From positions 3,680,001 to 3,744,000 of the forward strand of contig OZ242195.1 of assembly GCA_965205975.1 (NCBI GenBank): DNA of 64,000 nt, given 5' to 3'. Positions within the stretch are counted from its first letter, which is position 1, and every line of letters starts with the position of its first letter. The notes under the pieces are model-generated. The model was not told the DNA's origin, made no database searches, and saw nothing but the letters and a program-made list of their open reading frames with translations. Shown piece by piece: positions 19,344 to 29,653 of this stretch. The stretch is from Candidatus Latescibacterota bacterium (GTDB lineage: Bacteria > Latescibacterota > UBA2968). The translations under genes and the position numbers were made by a program.

Positions 19344-20693
19344 ATGGAAGACATACTGATTGTTGATGGAAACCCGCAACGCGCAATGCAATTGGTGCAA
19401 CTGCTAAAAGAACTGGGCGCAAACGCACGCACAGCGAGTTCTTTTTTTCACTGCTTGAAACGCATTGAAGAAAAAATTCCCGATCTCGCCCTTGTCGCTG
19501 AAACCCTCCCCGATGGACGAGGATTAAAGCTACTTCCCGTATTTGATGGCCTGTGTCCCGTCGTAATTATCGGTGAATATATGGCATCTGACAGAATACT
19601 CGAGGCTCTGTCATCGGGAGCGCGCGATTTTCTCGTACATCCCATTGACCGGCAGACGCTGGATATTCTGATCTCTCAATTGCAAGGTGAGGGCAAAATC
19701 GCACTGCACTATCTGTCTCAGAATCCCGGGAGTGAGTCGCCGACGGGAATGGTAATTGGATCGTGTCCAGACATGTTATTCGCACTCAAGCGCGCGGGCC
19801 TGGCAGCGCGAACATCAGCAACGGTCCTGATCTATGGTGAAAGTGGAACTGGAAAAGAGTTAATGGCGCGAGAAATCCATCGGGCATCGGGACGGGTGGG
19901 TGCATTTGTAGCACTCAATTGTGCTGCAATAGCAGAAAATATTGCCGAAAGTGAACTCTTTGGTCATGAGCGAGGTGCTTTTACCGGCGCCATAACCCGT
20001 CGGGCAGGGTGTTTTGAACAAGCCGATGGTGGCACGCTTTTTCTCGACGAAATTGGCGAGGCTTCGCCTGCATTTCAGGCCAAGCTATTGCGGGTATTAG
20101 ACCGCGGTGAATTTGTCAGAGTTGGCGGACAATCCCCCATACAAACGCAGGTCAGGATCATTGCTGCCACCAACCGCGACCTCGATTCCATGATCGAGCA
20201 AGACAAATTTCGCCTGGACTTGTTTTACAGGCTCAGTGCCGTGACCATAGCCCTCCCCCCACTGCGAGAACGCAGCGAAGATATCCCACACATTGTTCAA
20301 GCAATGCTAACGCGATTGAAAACCGATACCGGCGTGGAGATCCAGGGGGTATCTGAAGCGGCAGTTACATATCTGGCGGGATGTGAATGGCCGGGCAATT
20401 TAAGGGAATTGCAACACGCCATTTACCGCGCAGCCCTGGCCTGTCAAAAAGGGGTAATTCGACCTGAACATCTCGATGTACTCAAATCTACACAGTCCAG
20501 CGCACAGGACAAAGTTGAAACCCTGGATGAAATCGAGCAGGCGCATATTGAACGGGTACTACTCACTACCGGTGGCAATCAGGGACGAGCCTGTGAGTTG
20601 CTCGGAATATCGAGACCGACGTTGAGACGAAAAATACGCCGATACGCGTTTGAAAGAGAAAAAAATGGTCAGGTGAGTTCAACCTTGACATGA
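19344..20693 (+). CDS. Sigma54-dependent transcriptional activator (NtrC-like) with atypical receiver domain
   Basis: GESGTGKE, ESELFGHERGAFTGA, LFLDEIG, WPGNLREL, C-terminal Fis HTH. Confidence 0.93.
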   Translation: MEDILIVDGNPQRAMQLVQLLKELGANARTASSFFHCLKRIEEKIPDLALVAETLPDGRGLKLLPVFDGLCPVVIIGEYMASDRILEALSSGARDFLVHPIDRQTLDILISQLQGEGKIALHYLSQNPGSESPTGMVIGSCPDMLFALKRAGLAARTSATVLIYGESGTGKELMAREIHRASGRVGAFVALNCAAIAENIAESELFGHERGAFTGAITRRAGCFEQADGGTLFLDEIGEASPAFQAKLLRVLDRGEFVRVGGQSPIQTQVRIIAATNRDLDSMIEQDKFRLDLFYRLSAVTIALPPLRERSEDIPHIVQAMLTRLKTDTGVEIQGVSEAAVTYLAGCEWPGNLRELQHAIYRAALACQKGVIRPEHLDVLKSTQSSAQDKVETLDEIEQAHIERVLLTTGGNQGRACELLGISRPTLRRKIRRYAFEREKNGQVSSTLT

Positions 20694-20713
20694 GAAAAGG
20701 TACAACCCATACT
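20685..20713 (+). promoter_or_regulatory. Putative sigma70 promoter of thrC
   Basis: TTGACA-17 bp-CATACT. Confidence 0.5.
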
Positions 20714-20749
20714 ATGACGAGTTTTTAACTTTTTCATAGAGAGGTATTT

Positions 20750-21916
20750 ATGGGATTTCTCATTGATCTGGTCTGCACAAAAACGGACAAAGCGTATTCA
20801 AAAGACCTGCTCTGGAATTTGAGCCCAGAGGCAGAAGCACCGTTATTTGCCCGATATGACCTCGATGCAGTTGCAAAAGCTATGCGCCGGGAAAAACTCG
20901 CAGAACGAGTACCGACAATGTGGCGTTATGCCGAAGTTTTACCCGTCGAAAACGAGCAATTTCAGGTAAGTCTCGGCGAAGGATTTACCCCCTTATTGCA
21001 AGCAACATCGCTGGGGCGAAAAATTGGCGTGCCAAAGCTGTACATCAAAGACGAAGGCTTAAATCCGACGGGATCATTTAAAGCGCGAGGCATGTCAGCG
21101 GCAATTTCGAGAGCTGCGGAATTGGGTGCTCAGGCCATTGCCATCCCCTCGGCCGGCAATGCAGGTGGCGCAACAGCCGCTTATGCTGCGCGAGCGGGCT
21201 TGCCAGCGCATATTTTTATGCCCAAAGATGTGCCACAGGCCAATTACATTGAATGCAAGGTCCTGGGCGCAAATGTCGAATTGATAGACGGTCTGATTTC
21301 CGATTGCGGAAAAATTGTGGCATCGCGCAAAGAAGCCGAGGGCTGGTTCGATATCTCGACCCTGAAAGAGCCATACCGCGTAGAAGGCAAAAAAACGATG
21401 GGCTATGAATTGGCCGAACAATTTGATTGGGAATTGCCAGAAGTCGTCATTTATCCAACGGGAGGCGGCACGGGATTGATTGGCATGTGGAAGGCATTTG
21501 ACGAAATGGAACAAATGGGATGGATTGGCTCAGAACGCCCCCGCATGATATCCGTACAAGCGGCGGGATGCGCGCCCATTGTTCGGGCTTATCGCGCGGG
21601 AGATACACACGCCGAACCATGGATCGATGCCGAAACAATCGCGGCAGGTCTGCGCGTTCCCGCTGCCGTAGGCGATTTTTTAATGCTAAAAGCCATTCGC
21701 GACAGCGGTGGATGCGCGCTCTCCGTCACAGATGAAGAACTGATGGCATCCGCATCAAAAATGGCTGCTGCCGTGGGTTCATTTCCCGCACCCGAAGGCG
21801 CGGCCACCCTCTCCGCCCTCGAAAAACTCATAGCACAAAACCTGGTTAGCGAGCGCGACCGCGTCGTGTTGTTCAACACGGGAACGGGCTTAAAATACAT
21901 CGAACTATTTCAGTAA
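20750..21916 (+). CDS. thrC: Threonine synthase (PLP-dependent)
   Basis: SLGEGFTPL, NPTGSFKARG, SAGNAG, EGKKTMGYE, PTGGGTG. Confidence 0.88.
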   Translation: MGFLIDLVCTKTDKAYSKDLLWNLSPEAEAPLFARYDLDAVAKAMRREKLAERVPTMWRYAEVLPVENEQFQVSLGEGFTPLLQATSLGRKIGVPKLYIKDEGLNPTGSFKARGMSAAISRAAELGAQAIAIPSAGNAGGATAAYAARAGLPAHIFMPKDVPQANYIECKVLGANVELIDGLISDCGKIVASRKEAEGWFDISTLKEPYRVEGKKTMGYELAEQFDWELPEVVIYPTGGGTGLIGMWKAFDEMEQMGWIGSERPRMISVQAAGCAPIVRAYRAGDTHAEPWIDAETIAAGLRVPAAVGDFLMLKAIRDSGGCALSVTDEELMASASKMAAAVGSFPAPEGAATLSALEKLIAQNLVSERDRVVLFNTGTGLKYIELFQ

Positions 21917-23224
21917 GACAGCATCTGCAGCCGCGTACCCGCTTCTGACAGCACCTTCGATAGTAGGTGGCAATCCAGTGTCAGTCCAATCGCCCGCGAG
22001 AAACAAACGGGGATGTGGCGTCTGAGTTTTGGGCACTGCATAAGAAAATGGCAACGCACAAGTCGCCGCGTGTTCGCATATCACTCTGGCGTGTAATAAC
22101 TCGGCATGCCTACTTTCGGGAAAGACCTGATGGAGTTCTCTACAAGCCATGTCAATGAGTTCTTCATTTGACATATGTAAAAGATGATGCGCCGCACTTG
22201 CGACCATAGTGAGAAACCCCTCAGAAGCGCGGTCGTGATCGCCATAGAGCACGGGCTTGTTAAAAACCCATTCCATTGTCGTGCCGAGCAAACCGCACAT
22301 AGGTTCACGCATAATGGGCCGATCAAACCACAAATTGACGGAAAAAATCGGCGATGGCTCGTATTGACAAAGCGTGTGATGGAGTTCGGCAAAAGTATGT
22401 GCACAAATCATTCTGGCAAGCTGTAGCGGAGGAACCGCCGCAATACACATATCTGTGTCTATCACATCTCCCGAACGGGTATGAATGTGAACGCCAGAAG
22501 AAACAGGCGCAATAGATGTCACAGCTATTCCGCACTGGACTTCGCCACCCCGTTTTGAGATATATTCCCGTGCGCGATTCTCAAACAAACCGCTCAGACC
22601 CGTCCGCGCATATCCCAAACGCGCGCCATCTGGTTCGCCCCAAAAAGCTTCTCGCAGCACAGCTTGAAGATATCGCGCACTGGCATTTTGCGGTCGCTGG
22701 TTAAGGGCAGCAATACAAAGCGGATCCCAGAAAGCCTCCCGCATGCGCGGTTTCTGGCCGCAATGGTCGAGCCAGGCATCCACCGTAAGACCGGTATCGA
22801 GATCCTTGTGCAACTCCGCCACAATTTTTCTCAACGGCGGGATATCTGTCCAGTGAACCGCGCCAAATCGCAAAAAGCCAGACAGCAGATTCAGCGGCAC
22901 GGGCAAAAAGGATGGAAACCTCAACGTGTACACACCATCATCGGCTTGGCGAAAGTCTATCCTGAACTGAGGTTGAAACACCACATCGTCGCGCGCACCA
23001 ATCCGCTCGAGAAAATCGAGCGTCTCCCGATAGCACTTCATCAACAGATGCTGCCCATTATCGACAGTATCGCCCGTAACGGGATCTGTAAATGAAAAGG
23101 TGCGCCCCCCCAATTGCTGCCGCCGCTCCAAAAGAGTGACGGAATATCCCGCATCGCAAAGGCGGACAGCTGCTGCAAGACCAGCAAACCCTCCCCCAAT
23201 TATGGTCACGCGTTTCACATTCAC
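21905..23224 (-). CDS. hpnE: Hydroxysqualene dehydroxylase (FAD-dependent)
   Basis: IIGGGFAGLAAA, DNGQHLL, LAGDWTDTGLPPTIEGAVRSG; follows hpnD; GTG start overlaps hpnD stop. Confidence 0.9.
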   Translation of the reverse strand: MNVKRVTIIGGGFAGLAAAVRLCDAGYSVTLLERRQQLGGRTFSFTDPVTGDTVDNGQHLLMKCYRETLDFLERIGARDDVVFQPQFRIDFRQADDGVYTLRFPSFLPVPLNLLSGFLRFGAVHWTDIPPLRKIVAELHKDLDTGLTVDAWLDHCGQKPRMREAFWDPLCIAALNQRPQNASARYLQAVLREAFWGEPDGARLGYARTGLSGLFENRAREYISKRGGEVQCGIAVTSIAPVSSGVHIHTRSGDVIDTDMCIAAVPPLQLARMICAHTFAELHHTLCQYEPSPIFSVNLWFDRPIMREPMCGLLGTTMEWVFNKPVLYGDHDRASEGFLTMVASAAHHLLHMSNEELIDMACRELHQVFPESRHAELLHARVICEHAATCALPFSYAVPKTQTPHPRLFLAGDWTDTGLPPTIEGAVRSGYAAADAVLLK

Positions 23225-24069
23225 CCCCAGGCGAAACGACTGCCCAGCCAATAGCGCAGCGCAATGCCCAGTTTGTGCAAATCGTTGAGGCGAATAGACG
23301 CGCCAAAAACATCGTAGTTGGCGCGCTGGATCTTCACGAGCAACTGGGCATAAATTTTGCCCATAATCTGCGCCGAAAACATGGCAGCCCGGTCCTCCGC
23401 GGGAAGCAATTCTTCGGCTGTTTGATAGAAGGTCCACGCGCGTTGCGCTTGAAACCGCATCAAATCGATAAACGCGGCATTATAATCTCTCTGAGCCAGA
23501 GCCTTTTCCGTATAGCCAAACCGCGCCATCTCTTCCTGCGGAAGATAAATGCGGTTCTGTTGCCAATCCGTATGCACATCTCGCAAAATATTGGTCAATT
23601 GAAGCGCGAGACCCAGATTGACGGCGTATTCGCGAGTCTGCGGATTGCGATACCCAAAAATTTCAATACAGATTAACCCCACAACCGATGCGACCCGATA
23701 GCAGTACTCCCGCAACTCGTCAAACGTCGCATACCGATTTTTAGTCAAATCCATTTCAACACCCTCAATAAGCGCCAGAAAATGTGCTTTGGGAATGGGA
23801 AAATCTCGCAAAACGCCCTGCAGATTCTGCGCAATTGGATGGGTAGCACTGCCCTTATAGCAGGCGTGGAGTTGCTCGCGCCATGCCTTGAGATGACACC
23901 GCGCCTCTTCTGGCGAAGCCGCATCATCCACTATATCATCCGTATGGCGGCTAAACGCATAAACCGAAAAAATGGCCTCGCGTTTCTTGCGCGGCAAAAA
24001 AACAAAAGCGTAAAAAAAATTCGTCCGAGCGCCTCGCACGATTTTGCCAATATGTTTTTTGAGGTTCAT
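23221..24069 (-). CDS. hpnD: Presqualene diphosphate synthase
   Basis: NFFYAF, DDIVD, YCYRVASVVG, QLTNILRDV. Confidence 0.88.
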   Translation of the reverse strand: MNLKKHIGKIVRGARTNFFYAFVFLPRKKREAIFSVYAFSRHTDDIVDDAASPEEARCHLKAWREQLHACYKGSATHPIAQNLQGVLRDFPIPKAHFLALIEGVEMDLTKNRYATFDELREYCYRVASVVGLICIEIFGYRNPQTREYAVNLGLALQLTNILRDVHTDWQQNRIYLPQEEMARFGYTEKALAQRDYNAAFIDLMRFQAQRAWTFYQTAEELLPAEDRAAMFSAQIMGKIYAQLLVKIQRANYDVFGASIRLNDLHKLGIALRYWLGSRFAWG

Positions 24070-24938
24070 AAGTGGAAAAGCGTCTTAAACAAAAGCGCGG
24101 GCAAATCGCGTTTTGTAATCGTGGGCCGTCGATGAAAAACATCGCAATCATTATCGCGAATCTTTTTCAGAATATGCATGCCGCCCAAACAGGTCAACCG
24201 CAATTCAAAGCGCAACCGCCCCTTCACCATATCCAGCAGGGGATAACCCGCCACAAATAGATCCCGTGTGCGGTTGATAAGATAATCCATAAGCCTGAAA
24301 AATTCCGGCGTAACGCGCTGATCGCGCAGATCTGAAATCCCCACGCCAAACCGTTTGAGATCCTCCTGCGGGAGATACATGCGACCGCGCGAAAAATCAA
24401 TCGCAATATCCTGCCAAAAATTGGCGAGTTGCAACGCACTACATATCGCGTCAGAATGCCGCGCATAGTGCTCGCCGCGATACCCAAACAGATGGAGAAT
24501 AAGCCGCCCGACGGGATTGGCAGAAAACGTGCAATACGCCAGCAAATCCCCATAAGTCTGATGTCGTTGCGTCGTCACATCCATGCGAAAAGCCGTAAGC
24601 AAATCCCTGAGCAATTGCACGGGCAGGTCATGCACCCGAATCGTTTCTGCAAGTGCCGTAAATATCGGACCAACCGGGTCTGAAAGACACGCATCGAGAC
24701 GCGCTTCCCAATCGGCGAGATGGTCGAGACGCTCCTGCACCGTCAAACCCGGCTCATCGGCAAAATCATCCGCCGTACGCGCAAACGCATAGATACTATA
24801 CACATGGGGCCGCACCGATTTGGGGATCAACACCGAACCAACCGGAAAATTCTCATAATGCCCGCGAGTAAGTGCCTCGCAATGGGCATAAGCCTCTGCA
24901 ATCGCAATCCCACGGGTTTTGTATGCAGTCTGTGACAT
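24066..24938 (-). CDS. hpnC: Squalene/hydroxysqualene synthase
   Basis: HYENFPVGS, ARTADDFADE, SANPVGRL, QLANFWQD. Confidence 0.92.
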   Translation of the reverse strand: MSQTAYKTRGIAIAEAYAHCEALTRGHYENFPVGSVLIPKSVRPHVYSIYAFARTADDFADEPGLTVQERLDHLADWEARLDACLSDPVGPIFTALAETIRVHDLPVQLLRDLLTAFRMDVTTQRHQTYGDLLAYCTFSANPVGRLILHLFGYRGEHYARHSDAICSALQLANFWQDIAIDFSRGRMYLPQEDLKRFGVGISDLRDQRVTPEFFRLMDYLINRTRDLFVAGYPLLDMVKGRLRFELRLTCLGGMHILKKIRDNDCDVFHRRPTITKRDLPALLFKTLFHL

Positions 24939-25043
24939 AAGATGAAGATACGACAGAGGGGTGGGAAAATCAATATCTTGACTTTCGGGTGTAGCCTTGC
25001 ATTTTATGGCGTGCGTATGTATCTTTGCCCGCGAGAAAAACCA

Positions 25044-25133
25044 CTGGATCGCGGCTCAAAACCCTGCCGCGATGACAGGCGGGAGCCTGCCCCGTAGTGA
25101 CTCTATACGGGGGCACGGAGACCGTCCCCTACA
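25044..25133. repeat. Cluster of REP-like palindromes (CTGGAT-type, CCCCG-hairpin, GTAG-type)
   Basis: CTGGATCGCGGCTCAAAACCCTGCCGCGATGAC, CCCCGTA..TACGGGG and GGGCACGGAGACCGTCCCCTAC; the first and third recur elsewhere in the window. Confidence 0.8.
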
Positions 25134-25173
25134 ACACCATGCCGTTATAACATCCAAAACCAAAGGAAAAATA

Positions 25174-26370
25174 ATGTTTGAATCCCTGACAATGGCTCCT
25201 GCGGATCCCATTATAGGATTGACCGAAGCATTCAAAAATGACCCAAATCCCAACAAAATAAACCTCGGCGTTGGCGTGTACAAAGACGGCGACGGCAACA
25301 CGCCCATATTCGCCTCTGTAAAAACAGCAGAAGAACGCCTACTCGCACATGAAGACACCAAAAATTATCTCGGCATAGAAGGCGATGAAGCATATAACAA
25401 AGCCGTCCAGGAACTCCTCTGGGGAACAGAACACGAAATACTCACCAGTGGACGCGCGGGAACAGCCCAGGCACCGGGCGGCACGGGCGCGTTGCGCATT
25501 GCCGGTGACTTTATTCATCAGCACTATCCCCATGCCCGCGTATGGCTGAGCGATCCCACCTGGGCAAATCATCCCAAAGTATTTGAATCTGCCGGCGTAC
25601 CCACAAAAACCTATCGCTATTACAACCCCTCGTCTTTCGACCTGGACTTTGACGCATTTATCCAGGACCTCGGGCAAATCCCCGCAGGCGATGTGGTCTT
25701 GCTACACGGATGTTGCCACAACCCCACAGGCGTCGATCCCTCCGCCGAACAATGGGCGCAAATAGCCGACATCATAACTGACCGCGGCATCATCCCACTC
25801 GTTGACTTTGCCTATCAGGGCCTGGGCAATGGCCTCGTTGAAGACGCCGTCGGACTCCAATCTCTCAGCCAGCCCGGCTGCGAACTCCTCGTCGCCAGTT
25901 CCTTCTCCAAAAACTTTGGCCTCTACCGCGAGCGCACGGGCGCATTGACCCTCGTGGGAAAAAACGCCACCACCGTTGAAAAAGCGATGAGCCACATCAA
26001 AATCTGCATCCGCACAAATTATTCCAACCCGCCATCGCACGGCGCACAGGCAGTCGCAACAGTCCTCAACGACCCCGCCTTGCGGGCACAATGGAACGGC
26101 GAAGTAAAAGCCATGCGCGACCGCATCAACAACATGCGCACCCTATTTGTGGATACCCTCGAAACAAAAGGCGTGCGGCGCGACTTTTCGTTCATCGCAC
26201 ACCAGAGAGGAATGTTCTCATTTTCCGGATTGACCCCCGAGCAAGTAGATGTGTTGCGCGAGCGATTTGCGATATACATCGTCAGTTCGGGGCGCATCAA
26301 CGTGGCGGGCCTGACAAAGGACAACATCGAGCCGTTGTGTGACGCGATAGCAGAGATATTGACGGATTAA
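25174..26370 (+). CDS. aspC: Aspartate/aromatic aminotransferase (class I)
   Basis: APADPIIGL, KINLGVGVY, HGCCHNPTG, SFSKNFGLY, GRINVAG. Confidence 0.9.
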   Translation: MFESLTMAPADPIIGLTEAFKNDPNPNKINLGVGVYKDGDGNTPIFASVKTAEERLLAHEDTKNYLGIEGDEAYNKAVQELLWGTEHEILTSGRAGTAQAPGGTGALRIAGDFIHQHYPHARVWLSDPTWANHPKVFESAGVPTKTYRYYNPSSFDLDFDAFIQDLGQIPAGDVVLLHGCCHNPTGVDPSAEQWAQIADIITDRGIIPLVDFAYQGLGNGLVEDAVGLQSLSQPGCELLVASSFSKNFGLYRERTGALTLVGKNATTVEKAMSHIKICIRTNYSNPPSHGAQAVATVLNDPALRAQWNGEVKAMRDRINNMRTLFVDTLETKGVRRDFSFIAHQRGMFSFSGLTPEQVDVLRERFAIYIVSSGRINVAGLTKDNIEPLCDAIAEILTD

Positions 26371-26379
26371 GGAGACATC

Positions 26380-27153
26380 ATGACACTCAACGATCGCGTA
26401 GCAATCATCACAGGCGCAAGCTCTGGCATTGGGCGGGGCATAGCACTGGCACTTGCCCGAGAAGGCGCATGTGTAGCAGTGGCCGATATTCAAGAAGCAC
26501 CCAAAAAGGGCATATATCACGACACCGACCTGACCACTTCTACGGCAGAGGAAATAGAAAAACTCGGAGGAAAAGGGATCTTTGTACAGACCGACGTATC
26601 GGATGACGAAGCGGTACGCAATCTGATTGAACAGACCGTCTCCGAATTTGGCAAACTGGACATCCTAATAAACAACGCCGGCATCACAATACCTGGCGGC
26701 ATTGAAGAAACAACCATCGCCGACTACGACACCGTAATGGGCGTAAACCTTCGGGCACTGTATGTAGCCAGCAAACTCGCCATGCCACACCTCAAAAAAC
26801 CATCCGGCAGAATCATCCACATCGCATCTGTACAGTCATTTGGCGGGGGCGGAGGACCCGCGTATGCCGCATCAAAAGCCGGCGTCGTCAACCTCACGCG
26901 AGACACCGCCCTGGAATTGGCTCCCTTCGGCGCAACCGTCAATGCAATATGCCCGGGCTACATCGAAACGCCTATACAGGATTATCTCACATCTCAGGAC
27001 ATTGAAGACTGCCGGGTAAAAACCCCACTGCCCCGCCTGGGCTTGCCATCGGACATCGGCAACGCCGCGGTATTCTTCGCATCAGACGCCGCCGCCTGGG
27101 TCACTGGCACAGCCCTGCCCGTGGATGGCGGATGGATGGCATCTATTTTTTGA
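26380..27153 (+). CDS. SDR-family oxidoreductase
   Basis: TGASSGIG, NNAG, YAASK. Confidence 0.92.
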   Translation: MTLNDRVAIITGASSGIGRGIALALAREGACVAVADIQEAPKKGIYHDTDLTTSTAEEIEKLGGKGIFVQTDVSDDEAVRNLIEQTVSEFGKLDILINNAGITIPGGIEETTIADYDTVMGVNLRALYVASKLAMPHLKKPSGRIIHIASVQSFGGGGGPAYAASKAGVVNLTRDTALELAPFGATVNAICPGYIETPIQDYLTSQDIEDCRVKTPLPRLGLPSDIGNAAVFFASDAAAWVTGTALPVDGGWMASIF

Positions 27154-27159
27154 TTCGCA

Positions 27160-29634
27160 CTAATGCGGTATCCCCAACTGATGCATCCTTCGGTGAATCG
27201 CTGCACGGGCTTCGATAAAGGGACGTTCCAGATACGCGAGATGGTCCAACTCGCCGTGATGGTGCGTCGCCGTACCGGGGGCGTGCCGGGCAGCGGTCTG
27301 ACGGATGTACGCCAGATCGCCATCGATAAGCGTCAGCATATACTGAGCGGCTTCCAGATCGAACATCCACCACTCGCCACCGCAAGCGATGTAAATCGGC
27401 GAAGTATGGGCAAAAATCCCCCGTCCCCAACCATCGTGATGGGGAACACTGGTATAATTGGGACCCGCACATCGGGCGGCAATCCATGTATGCCCATCCA
27501 CCTTCACCCTCGCCTTCAACGCCAGTCGCCGCGCACCTTTATTGTCTTCCGTCGAAGCAACGACGCGCCCTGCCTGAACGATCTCAAGCGTATGAATCGG
27601 AAAAATACTCTCCGCCCACGCCTCAACCTCCACCGTACCGGCCCCCGACAACTGCATTGTATCGCCAACCTGGTGTCCATCCGCGGTGAGATGAATAATG
27701 GGACCACCACTGTGAAATGTTCGCCCCTGCGACACACTTTTGCACCAATTATCGTAGGTAAATTCCCCATCGGGCAAATAGGCGTACGTCCGGTAAATAC
27801 CGACGGGAACATCGCTACTCATCTTATCCGTTCCGCCAACCAGCGGCAAGCGGTAACCGCAGTTGAGATAGCGGTAGTATTCCAAATGATTGAACGGTGC
27901 ATGACGCAGCATCTCCACGCCATCCACGCGCCCCGTGGCAATCAGCGCCGCAGGTTCGCCATTCGGGTTCGGGAGATGCGGGACAATGACCGAGCCCCCC
28001 TGTGCATGACATTGATCCGCCCAATCACTCATCGTGATCTCCAGCGTACCACCCAGTTCGGACTCACCGGGACCGTCACTGCACCACGGCATCACCGGCT
28101 CTTTGAGACCCCACAGGATGAGATGCCCCAGAAAGTGCTGCCTATTCTCCTGACCGACATAGACGATATTGTTCCCATCTTGCGAAATACTCGGTCGTCC
28201 CGTAAAATCCTCCGTATTGGTAAAAAGATTGCCCCACTGCGACGGGAGCAAATTAACGATATTGAGATCCTCCCCCTGGGACTCCGTATGACTGCCCTGT
28301 GTCGAAAGAAAGTGAACGTGCGAATCCCCGCTATACCATCCCTCCGCATTCATATGAATCCATCGCTTGAGACGCAAAGTCAGTTCGCGTTGACCCGGTT
28401 GGATCTTCACCCGCGTCCGCAGTGGCTCATACTCAAATCCCCGGGCGACATCCACGATGACCTCGCCGCGCGGCAGCCACCCCTGGCAACGACCGTCGAT
28501 ATACGCATAGGTGATTTGTCCAAGCCGAAGATCTCCCCCAATATCAACATGCCAGCTATCGAGATTGGAATTGACCTGATTATGATGCCCGTATGGCTGA
28601 TAGGGAATCCCCTCCGGCGAGCGGAAGTGGACGCGGCAGGGGATGGGCTTGCCCGTGTCGTCATCGAGAACAGTGACGTGAACCCAGTTCCGCCCCCGGT
28701 CCAGGAGTTCCACGCGCATTCGCGGCGTCTCGACCACCTTCTTCTCCTCGACATCACCCCACTTGACCTCGCCCACCTTTTCCTCGCCCTGCTTCACAGT
28801 CATCGTAGCCGAAGGCGTGGCAGCGACCTCGACATAAGCCGGACTCGATTTGGGATTCTGCGCCTCTCCCCAACCGGCGAAATCATCATTGACGAAATCA
28901 TCGGCAGACGCTTCGGGCAGTGGATGCACATAAGTTGCCGTCCCTCGATCCACCTCCACACTGAGGTCAAACGGTTTTTCCGCATCTTCGGGATGGGTCA
29001 GAATCAGGCGCGCTTCGCGCTTTCCGTGTTGTACAAAGGGATGCTCTTCGATATGCGAAAGCGTGACACCGGCAATAATAAAACGCGGACCATTCGGGAT
29101 AATCTCCAGCGACTCGATTGTGCCATCCGGCAGAGGATTCTCCCAGGCCCACAAAAAGTAACCGCGTGCCGAGCCGCGCGACACCTCGGTCTGACGTCGT
29201 CCCATATCCGCCCACTTCCCTTCGTAACGCGGCAACAACTGGTCGTTCTGGTCCGGGAGTGCGAGAAAGGGCGCACCACCATCGGATAAATGTGCAATTT
29301 CAAATCGCTCGCGGATGGGAATACGGAATTCTTCACCCTCCGCCATCCGAAACAAATAATCCGCCACAGTCTCCCCCAACGGACCGCCCTCCATCAGATC
29401 GGAATCCAGCAAGCGATGGGCAATAATCACGCGGCGTGCCGACGCGTTGATTGGAATCGTCACGCGACCAGAAGCCTCATCCAACGCGACAAAACAATTC
29501 GAACCGTCGTCATTCACCAAAAACGGCAAACCGCGGAATAATTGTTTCCCTACAGGAGCATTCGCATTGGCGCCCAGAACTTCAAGCCCCGCATTGCACA
29601 ACGCCGACAAATCGAGAGGTTGATAGTCTGCCAT
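27160..29634 (-). CDS. CehA/McbA-family PHP-type metallohydrolase
   Basis: RGFEY, GWYSGDSHVH, ENRQHFLGH, GGTD, AHTSPIY. Confidence 0.75.
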   Translation of the reverse strand: MADYQPLDLSALCNAGLEVLGANANAPVGKQLFRGLPFLVNDDGSNCFVALDEASGRVTIPINASARRVIIAHRLLDSDLMEGGPLGETVADYLFRMAEGEEFRIPIRERFEIAHLSDGGAPFLALPDQNDQLLPRYEGKWADMGRRQTEVSRGSARGYFLWAWENPLPDGTIESLEIIPNGPRFIIAGVTLSHIEEHPFVQHGKREARLILTHPEDAEKPFDLSVEVDRGTATYVHPLPEASADDFVNDDFAGWGEAQNPKSSPAYVEVAATPSATMTVKQGEEKVGEVKWGDVEEKKVVETPRMRVELLDRGRNWVHVTVLDDDTGKPIPCRVHFRSPEGIPYQPYGHHNQVNSNLDSWHVDIGGDLRLGQITYAYIDGRCQGWLPRGEVIVDVARGFEYEPLRTRVKIQPGQRELTLRLKRWIHMNAEGWYSGDSHVHFLSTQGSHTESQGEDLNIVNLLPSQWGNLFTNTEDFTGRPSISQDGNNIVYVGQENRQHFLGHLILWGLKEPVMPWCSDGPGESELGGTLEITMSDWADQCHAQGGSVIVPHLPNPNGEPAALIATGRVDGVEMLRHAPFNHLEYYRYLNCGYRLPLVGGTDKMSSDVPVGIYRTYAYLPDGEFTYDNWCKSVSQGRTFHSGGPIIHLTADGHQVGDTMQLSGAGTVEVEAWAESIFPIHTLEIVQAGRVVASTEDNKGARRLALKARVKVDGHTWIAARCAGPNYTSVPHHDGWGRGIFAHTSPIYIACGGEWWMFDLEAAQYMLTLIDGDLAYIRQTAARHAPGTATHHHGELDHLAYLERPFIEARAAIHRRMHQLGIPH

Positions 29635-29653
29635 GACAGGTATCCTTTCTTTA

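Noticed and set aside
24997..25173. N-terminal extension of aspC in the ORF track
   Set aside because: It is translated REP sequence; the RBS and family N-terminus point to ATG 25174.
27163..29289. 708-aa plus-strand ORF
   Set aside because: Antisense shadow of the metallohydrolase gene, with no recognisable motifs and Arg/Pro/His-rich composition.
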